64,000 nt of DNA. It comes from Octopus bimaculoides. Lineage: Eukaryota. The stretch spans positions 42,407,825 to 42,471,824 of the forward strand of contig NC_068993.1 in NCBI RefSeq assembly GCF_001194135.2. Direction: 5' to 3'. The notes beneath the pieces were generated by a model that made no database searches, had not been told where the DNA came from, and was given only the letters and a program-made list of their open reading frames with translations. Positions 53,529 to 64,000 of this stretch are shown here, piece by piece; the first letter of the stretch is position 1, and the number at the start of each line of letters is the position of its first letter. Both the position numbers and the translations under genes were made by a program.

Positions 53529-54085
53529 TGTTCTACAACAATTTAAGTGCTAAAAACACTTATATATACTTAGCACTGTTCTAGAATAATGTAATTGCTA
53601 TGAAAAACGTATATTTCAAGCTTTGTTCTACAACGGTGTGTTATAAGCACATACTTTATATATTCCAAGCTTTGTCCTATAATACTTTAAGTGTTATAAA
53701 AATATATGTATACTCACCTTGTTCTATAATAATTCATGTAATAAACACAATATATACTTCCAATCCTGTTCTATAATAATTTGACTTATATATATTCGTA
53801 GCTTTGTTCCCAATCAGTGTGTTATGAGCATATATATATTCAAAGTTCTGCTCTCTATCACTTTAAGTGCTACAAAATATATATATTCTAAGTATGTTCT
53901 ATAATGATTTATATGTTATAAAAAAAAAGCAATATATATTTCTAGCACTGTTCTACAATAATTTAAGTCTTATAAAGACATATATTCCAAGCCTTTTTCC
54001 CAAACAAAACAAATATATATTACTAACACTATATAATATATATAAGCGCATATATATTACAAGCACATATATATTCCTAAACTAT
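53529..54085. repeat. Degenerate ~47-bp tandem array (about 11 units)
   Basis: TGTTCTA-like anchors at 53529, 53577, 53624, 53673, 53720, 53767, 53805, 53849, 53895, 53949 and about 53993. Confidence 0.85.
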
Positions 54086-54241
54086 GATCTTTCAATTATC
54101 AACATCATCATCGTCGTCGTCGTTGTCATAAACATCATCATCGTCATCATTGTCACCATCGACGTCGTCGTCGTCATCATTATCATCATCAACATCCTCA
54201 TCACCATCACCATCATCATCATTATTATTGTTAGACAAGAC

Positions 54242-54390
54242 CGGTGGATTGGCACAAATGTTTGAGCGTCCAAATAACACTTTCTCGAACTTGTTCCGAT
54301 TATTAGAACTGTGATTTCAAAGATCTCAAATCACCCAGAGTCAACTTTGCATTTTATCCCCACCAACAAAGCTCGACAAAATGAAGTAAG
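54242..54390 (+). mobile_element. Degenerate SINE family B
   Basis: ggtggattggcacaaatgtt...cagagtcaactttgcattttatcc...tcgacaaaat. Confidence 0.55.
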
Positions 54391-54473
54391 AATCAAGTTC
54401 TGCTGCCGTTGGTATCAACATGCCCCTGAACGCACCCTCGCTGATTTTCATAACTTGTGCCAATGTTAGAAAC

Positions 54474-54476
<3 letters not shown>

Positions 54477-54536
<60 letters not shown>

Positions 54537-54591
54537 CAGCAGCAGCAGCAGAAACAGCAGATTTTTGCTCACTGTTCCCAGGGCTCCGACA

Positions 54592-54660
<69 letters not shown>

Positions 54661-54745
54661 GTTGTTGTTGTTGTTGTTGTTTTTGTTGTTGTTGTTATTA
54701 TTATTATTATTATTACTATTATTATTATTATTATTATTATTATTA
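54477..54745. repeat. (AGT)n(AGC)n and (ATT)n(GTT)n microsatellites with a 45-bp R4/Dong snippet between them (54550-54592, minus)
   Basis: The snippet translates IVGALGTVSKNL on the minus strand, matching the R4 C-terminal IVIGALG motif at 12590. Confidence 0.85.
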
Positions 54746-54746
54746 G

Positions 54747-54880
54747 TTTCAAATTCCACTCTCGACTTTGACTTTCATCCTTTCGGGGGTCGAATAAGCA
54801 CTAGTTGAGTATTGGGCTCGGGGTCATCTACTAGCCTCTGCCCCAAAATTTCAGTTCTTATATCTTTAGTAGGAATGATT
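54747..54880 (+). mobile_element. SINE family B 3' part
   Basis: ttcaaattccactctcgactttgactttcatcctttcgggggtcgaataagcactagttgag...ccccaaaatttcag. Confidence 0.8.
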
Positions 54881-54952
54881 CATATCAGAAATAGTGGTAG
54901 TCGTTGTCATGGTTATGGTGATTGTAATAGTAGAGGTGGTGGTGTCAGTAGT

Positions 54953-55022
<70 letters not shown>

Positions 55023-56750
55023 ACAGCAGCGGCGGCGTTACTGGAAGCCGATTCTTTGGTCGTTTGTTTCCATATTGTCCCACTGTGTATAAAAGAAGTA
55101 TTTTAGGGTAAAAAAAATATGAAGACGTAAGCGTCAGCCGACTAACCCCAACAGTGCCAGAGAAAACAGATAAATATAGAATGCAAAATCCATAGCTGTA
55201 AAAATCGATATACTACTGTAGACTAATCTTTTCTAGTATATTAAAAGAAATACTTGCCGTTGTAACTCTGTCTCATTTTCTTATTTTTATCACGTATATT
55301 GCAAGGATCAATCCCTTAAGATTATTTACTGAAAATCAAATTATGTGAAAGAGTGAAACATCTTGTAAAACGTTCCTTGCTTATAGTGTAATATCAAGAG
55401 GTCAATACAGTTGTGGATTAGACGCGGAAAATAAAAAAATAAACGAAGAATCTTAAATCAAATCCCGTATTGGATATAATATATATATATATATAAACTT
55501 GAATCATTGGAATTTATTTTTTATTTATTTATAAATTGATCGCTTGAAATGAATCATTTAGTCACTGTCAGTTATACATTAACTTTATTGTCTATTGCAC
55601 AAAACCTCTTGTATTCTGGCTAAAATCCAAATCTACGATAATCGAAATAAATAACAGTAGGCAAATAAACTTTAGAAAATGATTTGGTAGAGTTAGGACT
55701 TTAATATATTGATATCAAGTTTATGGTTGACTTTTATCTGAATCGTCCATTATTTTATAATCGCAACTTAGATTTTTTCCTCTTTCTTTTACTTTTGAAG
55801 TTGTGTATTGGCATTGAAGTTGTCCTTACTACTTTGTCTGTGGTTTGCAGCTAATTGTCGGAATACACGATGGAAAAAGTTTAAAATAGAACATGGATGC
55901 CACGAGCTGCATCAGAGAATTTTCGTCCATTGATTTTGTTATATTCACCGTCGAAAAGACTGGAATGCAGAAATAGTCATACGGTTAGCCACGGGCGACA
56001 CTCGACTTCCTAAGCAATCACGTTATTACAAAATTAACATATCTAAATTTTCCACTCGCTGCATTGTTAACTCATCGTCGTCACATCACGAATGGAGACG
56101 TCTGTTCAATTGATATGTTTTGCAAGTGGAATTGAATATATAACTATTCATTCAAAATAACGTTGAAAGAAAACTATAAAAATCAAATATCTACTTTCGA
56201 GGTCATTAAGAATGATAAGATATTCTTTTAATAAAGCTTCTCCTTTTGTGCGATGAATTATTGCTTCAGGCAAAACAAGATGAAGAGTTGAAACTTTGTA
56301 CCGACATGAATCAACAAGAGATTATAAAAGCAATGCAAGGGAATAGGAATAGGTCCATGAAATATCGACAGTAATCCGTTTAAATCATTCCAATTAAATA
56401 TGATACATTATTGTTAGCAGATTCTTTATGCTTTCAAAATTATTTCTGAAACAATTTTTTGCGTTGTTGATCGAAACTGAAGCACCCCAAATTACAACAT
56501 TTTTGTTTACTGAAAATTAAATACGAATACATTCCAACACGCATACTCACACACATACACACACGCGTGCACATATATCACACACATAAAAACTTTTCAA
56601 GAACAGTAGTAGTTTACTGAGACGGATGTTTGCGGATTATTTTTCTTTATCGTAGAACGATAAGTAGAAAAAGAGGTTCATTTTATATTCCATGGAAGGC
56701 GACCAGGGTTGCCGAGCGTGCGAAAAAGAATACGAGACTTATGAAATGAA

Positions 56751-56898
56751 GTAGGAAAAGTCCGGGCTACATGTGATTCACAGCGAGTGGAACTTCAGTA
56801 GCAGTAAAATCCAAGCGATCGGTATATACTTCGCTTGGATTTTAACACTTCTGTGGTTCCACTCGCTATGAAACATATGTAGCCCGGACTTTCCCTAC
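56751..56898. repeat. 148-bp near-perfect hairpin (68-bp arms, 58/68 identity, 12-nt loop)
   Basis: Arms 56751-56818 and 56831-56898 are reverse complements with 10 mismatches and no indels. Transition-only mismatches extend pairing to about 56739-56910. Confidence 0.95.
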
Positions 56899-56940
56899 TC
56901 CATTCCGCAACTTTTCTTTGTATATATGTATGTATGTATG

Positions 56941-56991
<51 letters not shown>

Positions 56992-59734
56992 NNNNNNNNN
57001 NNNNNNNNNNNNNNNNNNNNNNNNNNNNNNNNNNNNNNNNNNNNNNNNNNNNNNNNNNNNNNNNNNNNNNNNNNNNNNNNNNNNNNNNNNNNNNNNNNNN
57101 NNNNNNNNNNNNNNNNNNNNNNNNNNNNNNNNNNNNNNNNNNNNNNNNNNNNNNNNNNNNNNNNNNNNNNNNNNNNNNNNNNNNNNNNNNNNNNNNNNNN
57201 NNNNNNNNNNNNNNNNNNNNNNNNNNNNNNNNNNNNNNNNNNNNNNNNNNNNNNNNNNNNNNNNNNNNNNNNNNNNNNNNNNNNNNNNNNNNNNNNNNNN
57301 NNNNNNNNNNNNNNNNNNNNNNNNNNNNNNNNNNNNNNNNNNNNNNNNNNNNNNNNNNNNNNNNNNNNNNNNNNNNNNNNNNNNNNNNNNNNNNNNNNNN
57401 NNNNNNNNNNNNNNNNNNNNNNNNNNNNNNNNNNNNNNNNNNNNNNNNNNNNNNNNNNNNNNNNNNNNNNNNNNNNNNNNNNNNNNNNNNNNNNNNNNNN
57501 NNNNNNNNNNNNNNNNNNNNNNNNNNNNNNNNNNNNNNNNNNNNNNNNNNNNNNNNNNNNNNNNNNNNNNNNNNNNNNNNNNNNNNNNNNNNNNNNNNNN
57601 NNNNNNNNNNNNNNNNNNNNNNGATTTATTTGGGGACAAATGCATTCATTCTCAAATAATGTAAACATTCGAAATTTTGTAAACATTCGAAGTTTTTTGT
57701 ATTATGAAAGAGTATCCCAAAACTTCACAGATTTATAAAAGATATATAGAATAATATCAGGATTACGTGTGTAAAGAAAGTGACTACCCTGTTTCATTTG
57801 CTTTGCTTTAAAAAAAAAAAATATTTTGAGACGTCTGCAGAGCGGTTCTTGATATGAGGCTACCAGATTGTACACCTTGTAAACAGTGTATTGAACTGAA
57901 ATTCCATTTCAAACATTCTGCTGCTAAATTTCTAAAATCTTCCTGCGCTCAGTTGTACAAGTTCACTGTGATTATATCCAGAGACTGCTTATATAACATT
58001 GATAAACCGGATGGAGAAATCTTAAAATTTGCAGAAAGTATTTATGTATGAAAGGAGAGAGATTAATGATATGAAACGCCATGCACAAAGATAGATAGAG
58101 AGAGAGAAAAAAAGAAAAAGAGAGAGAGAGAGAGGGGGGTGGGTAAACAGTACTCTAAAATACTACGTATCTCTATGATTCCCCAAAATAACTTTTACGT
58201 TGAGAGGAGGAACAGAAGATCTCGATGATATTTCAAGTCTTTAATTTGCTTTTTATTGTCCACAGAGTTGACAGATGCATTATTTCTTAGCATTCATCTA
58301 TAAATAAGTTGATGTTTTTGAAAATATAATATATTCCTCAGTTAAACTGAAAGGGAGAGAGAAGGGTGATGAGAATAGGAGTTATAATGAAAAAGTTAAC
58401 TGTGAAATAAATTGTATATCAGTTCTGCGAAAATTACATCATAAAGGGGAACATTTAGACGAAAGAATATAAAGTTTCCGAGAAACGGAATCAAGTGAGT
58501 CATCCTAAGTATAATTAGTTTCTTAATGCAAGACTTTGACTATCAAACTAAGAACCATATTTTCCACTATTTTTTCAGTAAACGATTTTCTAATCAAATT
58601 TTGAAGCAGCACACACCTGTCGCCATTTAAAAGGTAAAGTTTTGCGAGTTATATAACGGCTAGTATCTCTAGTATCTTTTAAAATCACGTTTGTCAAAAT
58701 TAAACTAATATACCTCGATATTTACATCTACGCCAAAGAGCGTTAATGCAAAATACATCATCTTGCTAGTTAGGACTCGTTCAGAATCCGTTTCTGGATC
58801 TTAAAGATACGCTCACATTTTATCCCTAGTCAACACACTGAAAATATAATACGTGTCTCCATTGATTTCAAACGTTTCCAGGAGATTAGAGCAGACTTCC
58901 ACCCTCTCTCCTGTGATTTGTATTGAGACACTGGAATTTTTTTTTTATCTATTTATTTATTTTTCTTATTTATTCACTCATTTATTTTAACCACTGAAGA
59001 CGATAATCAGCATATCTAGCCATCAGAAGCCAAACATTCCTATTGAATATTTTTAATTAGTTTTAAGAGCATCATATTCTGAGAGCATCATATCCGTTGA
59101 TTACCATTAAGATAAACTAAGAAAGCTGAGAAAACTCCTGTACTGTCCATTTTTTCAATCAGCTTAATATTCGCAATACCATTAGTTCAAAATATTTTAA
59201 AGCTGTGTTACTTAGCATAATTTTGTACGAATCCTGATAACTGAAGAAAAGACACGTGAGATGGTTAAATATCATATATTTCAAGAGATTTTGTTGATTC
59301 AATTTAACAGGTCACCTCTACCATATTCAGACAGCAACTCATACAGATGGTGATTAACTGTAATTCACACATAAATCAGCTATGATAGACAAAGTTACAT
59401 TACTGAAAAGTGCTGCGTTAATATTTAAAGAATCACTGACTTCCACAACAAAACAATAAAAATTCTATTAAATTTTAATGTTTTTGTTATATCACATGAG
59501 ATTTTTGCATGACAGCAAGATATTTCAAATTGTATATTTGTGTTCGAAAAAATAAATTATTAAATGGATTTCCGTCAGTTTTGATGATGAGCATTGAGTC
59601 TTTCAACTGACTGATTTACCTCTTTCATGAATTAACTTCTAGATGGCTGAACTTTCCACAGTGTGTATCAGTCTCAGTAGAAGTCAACATAACACAGACT
59701 GAGAAAACTGCAGCTTGAAATTACAAATACAAAC

Positions 59735-59882
59735 CATCCGATGAGATTCCACATCGTTTACGTCTACGAAATTTCGCACACAAGGCTAGTGTTGAGTCAC
59801 TTAAGATGCGACGTATTATAGTCGAACCTGGGACTCTGTGATTTCAAAGTCAGCTCCTTAACCATCCAGGTTGGCCGTGCCC
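59735..59882 (-). mobile_element. Degenerate SINE family A 5' half
   Basis: tttacgtctacgaaatttcgcacacaaggct...gtcgaacctgggactctgtgatttc...ctccttaaccatc. Confidence 0.5.
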
Positions 59883-60069
59883 TAATTTGCTAAAATTTAA
59901 CTTAAAGCGTTAGTGATTTTCGTTAATACCAAAGTGCGGCATTCAGACAAGTGAATTTATTTTGATTATAAATAACGAGGAAAATTTATATCGGATTAGA
60001 GTGATTAGATTCCAGAAGATAAAAATTGAAGACTTTATCTAATAATCTTTTATCTGTTTATTGTTTTTT

Positions 60070-60150
60070 TTACTTATCTCATTTATTGTACTACGGCCAT
60101 GCTGGTGCACCACCTTGGAAATTGTAGTCGATCATGTCTATCCCAGTGCT
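60070..60150 (-). mobile_element. SINE family A 3' fragment
   Basis: actacggccatgctggtgcaccaccttggaa. Confidence 0.65.
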
Positions 60151-60534
60151 AAAGATTCTAACGGTCACCTTATCACTGAACCGTTAAGAAACGTAAACAA
60201 GATTCACGTGGGATTAGGTTATTGGTTTGTTTTTCCTTTCCACTTTTAGAATAATTGCTTTTGCAGCAATTTTCGTATGTATTTATGATTTTAATGTAAA
60301 TGGAGTTGGTATATTTGACATCAGCGTTATATGAATTGCTACATCAGCTCTAAGTTTTTACTAGTCATAACAAATTCTATTTTCGTTTAAGTTCATATTT
60401 ACTGTCCAGCTTAATCTGTATTTTTTGTCGATGGTGGCAATTAATAGTAACAGTTATTGTAATACTTTTCTATACGATATTAACAAATTAATGAAACTGC
60501 ATAACAGATCGGACTATACGTCAAAAGGTGCAGA

Positions 60535-60790
60535 CTTGTGATGTGTAAATGACTTCAGATATATGTGATCATAGACATGAAGATAGTGAAGAAAGAATTG
60601 AATTAGCATGGTCAGCAATGAACAAGATTTCCTCGGTGAGGGAGTCACCAATATTCAACGACCTCAAACTACAGATTTAAAAAGCTACATTAGAAAACAT
60701 TGATACATGAATCTGAATGTTGAACACAGACTGAATTAAATATGTAGCAATTTGATATCAAGTAATAATGTATATTAGCGGCAGAGGCAG
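60535..60790 (+). mobile_element. RTE-clade LINE RT fragment
   Basis: CVNDFRYM*S then RIELAWSAMNKISSVRESPIFNDLKLQI*KATLE matches V.DFKYLGS...RI.LAW.A.NKL..VWKS.....LK...F.A.VE. Confidence 0.7.
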
Positions 60791-61802
60791 TATTAATACC
60801 GTGGGGTAATATCTATTCACACAAACATACAAAGTTAAGAGGACGTAAACACACCAACACTGTTGTCAAACGGTGGTGGTGGACAAACACAGATACAAAG
60901 AAACGCACACGCACACGCACACACTTACATATATATATATATATATATANNNNNNNNNNNNNNNNNNNNNNNNNNNNNNNNNNNNNNNNNNNNNNNNNNN
61001 NNNNNNNNNNNNNNNNNNNNNNNNNNNNNNNNNNNNNNNNNNNNNNNNNNNNNNNNNNNNNNNNNNNNNNNNNNNNNNNNNNNNNNNNNNNNNNNNNNNN
61101 NNNNNNNNNNNNNNNNNNNNNNNNNNNNNNNNNNNNNNNNNNNNNNNNNNNNNNNNNNNNNNNNNNNNNNNNNNNNNNNNNNNNNNNNNNNNNNNNNNNN
61201 NNNNNNNNNNNNNNNNNNNNNNNNNNNNNNNNNNNNNNNNNNNNNNNNNNNNNNNNNNNNNNNNNNNNNNNNNNNNNNNNNNNNNNNNNNNNNNNNNNNN
61301 NNNNNNNNNNNNNNNNNNNNNNNNNNNNNNNNNNNNNNNNNNNNNNNNNNNNNNNNNNNNNNNNNNNNNNNNNNNNNNNNNNNNNNNNNNNNNNNNNNNN
61401 NNNNNNNNNNNNNNNNNNNNNNNNNNNNNNNNNNNNNNNNNNNNNNNNNNNNNNNNNNNNNNNNNNNNNNNNNNNNNNNNNNNNNNNNNNNNNNNNNNNN
61501 NNNNNNNNNNNNNNNNNNNNNNNNNNNNNNNNNNNNNNNNNNNNNNNNNNNNNNNNNNNNNNNNNNNNNNNNNNNNNNNNNNNNNNNNNNNNNNNNNNNN
61601 NNNNNNNNNNNNNNNNNNNNNNNNNNNNNNNNNNNNNNNNNNNNNNNNNNNNNNNNNNNNNNNNNNNNNNNNNNNNNNNNNNNNNNNNNNNNNNNNNNNN
61701 NNNNNNNNNNNNNNNNNNNNNNNNNNNNNNNNNNNNNNNNNNNNNNNNNNNNNNNNNNNNNNNNNNNNNNNNNNNNNNNNNNNNNNNNNNNNNNNNNNNN
61801 NN

Positions 61803-61833
<31 letters not shown>

Positions 61834-62034
61834 GTGTGTGAGTGTGTGTGTATGTATGTATGTATGTATGTATGTGTGTGTGTATATTTTATTAATTGTA
61901 CCTGTACGGCTGGTATTCGCTTGGCACTAGTGATGGTATTTTAATAGTACTATCGCTCTCATATCTAATTTATGTGTGTGCGCGTGTGTGTGTGCGTGTG
62001 TACATATGTGTGTGTATGTATGTATGTATACTAC

Positions 62035-62185
62035 AGTTTTATTTCAATTTCCATCTAAGAAATCCACTCAGATAGCTTCGGTATGCCCAATGCTATAATG
62101 GAAGACACCTGCTCAAGGTGCTGTATAGTGGTACTGAACTCAGATTCATATGTATGAGAAGCAAACTTTTTACCATACGCCCACA
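62035..62185 (-). mobile_element. SINE family A 5' half
   Basis: ttccatctaagaaatccactca...gaagacacctgctcaaggtgc...tactgaactcag...gaagcaaactttttacca. Confidence 0.7.
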
Positions 62186-63079
62186 GGTATATATGTGTAA
62201 CGACGTATGCTTATTATAGACATCAATATATACATAATATATGTATATACACACATGTGTGTGTATATGTTTTTGTGCATGTGTGCGTGTGTGTGTGTGT
62301 GTGTGTGTAGGGCTAAGTGATCTACAATTATTTCCCTCAACTCGTCCTCCCATACGTACCATAATTATATATATTTTTCATAAAATTTCTTATCGCGAAA
62401 TGAAATCATCAAAGCGAATACAAGTAGCCTGTATTAGATAAACCGAAGAAATTTCTTGTACGTCTTATTTGTGTAAACTTGCATTTATTTGAGAGCTGAG
62501 GCAATCCATTAAGTTGCAGATTAGTATATCTGAAAAATAATTTGTTTTGTAAAACTTAATGGAGTAGAAAACATTCCAGGAGATTTGATTGATCACAAAA
62601 TTCAGATTAATTTTTCTAATTTTAATAGCCAGGAATAGCAATGCTTCAACTGTAAAATCGATAAACTTGAAGAAATATTCCCAGGAAAAGTTCTGATTTC
62701 GACAAGCATTAATGAACTTCGTAGCGTTTTTCTCCGATAGCAACAACAATAACATGATAACAACAACAACATCAGCAGCAGCAACAACAATGACAAGAGT
62801 AAAAACAATAACAATAACAATAACAATTGTTTATTTTATTGGACTAGAGTCCCAAGAATTGGAGACAGTTGTAAGAAGAAATACTGTGGGGGTGAGGGAG
62901 ATTTATAATAAAACGAACATACATTGTTAGATATGGATGAGAAATATCTACAACTGTAAGAAATAACAAAATACCAACCAGGATTTCCAAAATGGGGAGA
63001 GGGTTATAACTTCGGATGTTTTGGTACACCCAGCGTGTCCTAATATAGTAGCGCGTGTTAGTGTGATAACCCTAGAGAT

Positions 63080-63960
63080 GCATATTTAATGTAAGCCTAT
63101 TCAGTCAATCCTGTTGCGTCAGTCACGTTTATCATAAATCTATTTCGTTTCCTGACCTCACCTTAGACCTCAAGTGGTACTTAAAGAATTTGGGAAATCA
63201 TTGACGTGGTATTAAGATATATTTCCTCAAACTTTACAGACCTTGTCTACCACACAATTTTCTTAGCCATATTCACCAAAAGGAAGACAATTATCTATTT
63301 TCCTTACGAAATGAAAATAGGTACGTTTAAAACAACGTTGATGCATCGATCTTTTCGGTAGTTAACATTCTGAAGATCCCTCCTGTGTATATCTCAAACA
63401 ATTTTGGTTACTGATGGCGCCAGTACAGCCACACTTGTACAGATTCTCCCTAAGAGATAAATCCCCACTGTAATAAGAATCTTTATAAATTGCCCATAAT
63501 TCCCAGTTCCAAATAGTCTAGAAAAGCCGAATCAGACTGTCCCTGTAGACACTTAGGTCATAGTTGCTCATATCTTCCATTAACTTTCTGTAGAATACGA
63601 GAGTTGATTTTATACTCAGTATATGGACTAGCTGTTAAAGTTCAATGGACGCATAGCAACATTTTAGAGACGAAATGTCCAAACTCAAGATGTACTGCGG
63701 GTCAACTAAATATACGAACCTGCGAAAAATATATGTCGCACGAATCAAACCAAGTCATCGATATTGTTGCCTGGGTATCTTCGCTGATGTTGCAACCTCA
63801 GTGTATGGCTGCGCTTCATCAAATTAAGAATCTATGAGGTTTCCGTGGGCACTAGATGAACCTGTTGACCAAGTAGAAAGTTGTGAAAAATCATATACTC
63901 TAATCTTATTGCATATTTCTTGGAATATAGTACGAAAGCCAGGTCATAGTAGACCACCAA
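63080..63960 (-). mobile_element. Degenerate Tx1/L1-like LINE 3' region
   Basis: Minus frames: IVFLLVNMAKKIVW*TR (cf. VF.CLVA.AKE.VW.TR) and FFKYHLRSKVR (cf. FFK.HLK.K.R). Upstream GFGGL (cf. GGLG.P) is weaker. Confidence 0.45.
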
Positions 63961-64000
63961 AACCATACAGATTGTAACTGCGTATATCCATCGCATATAT

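Noticed and set aside
57854-58051. Cys-containing 65-aa ORF
   Set aside because: The Cys spacing fits no motif I recognise and there is no splice support.

Overview
This is an AT-rich (roughly 30-35% GC by eye), repeat-saturated animal genomic window from a fragmented short-read scaffold. It has 14 N-gaps totalling about 5.5 kb. The SINE families and trinucleotide microsatellites look like Octopus (coleoid cephalopod); this taxon call is inference from recognised repeat sequence, not from a search. I cannot support any host protein-coding exon, rRNA, true tRNA gene or CRISPR array. Almost all long ORFs in the track are artefacts of N-runs and microsatellites. What can be supported is mobile-element debris. 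DNA transposons: an internally deleted mariner (2146-3051), two Tc1-family copies plus a fragment (27211-28100, 44544-45767, 42445-42593) and a TA-flanked MITE (24832-25047). Non-LTR retrotransposons: several R4/Dong-like fragments, plus Tx1-like, RTE-like and CR1/Jockey-like remnants. There are also about 25 tRNA-derived SINE pieces (A/B/C are my own ad hoc family labels) and many simple repeats. The structures most worth a second look are two long fold-back palindromes (56751-56898 and 39876-40115), two hammerhead-ribozyme-like motifs of the Penelope type (49550-49607 and 40609-40660, minus strand) and several local amplifications inside transposons. I found no convincing new multi-gene system. 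All alignments were done by eye.
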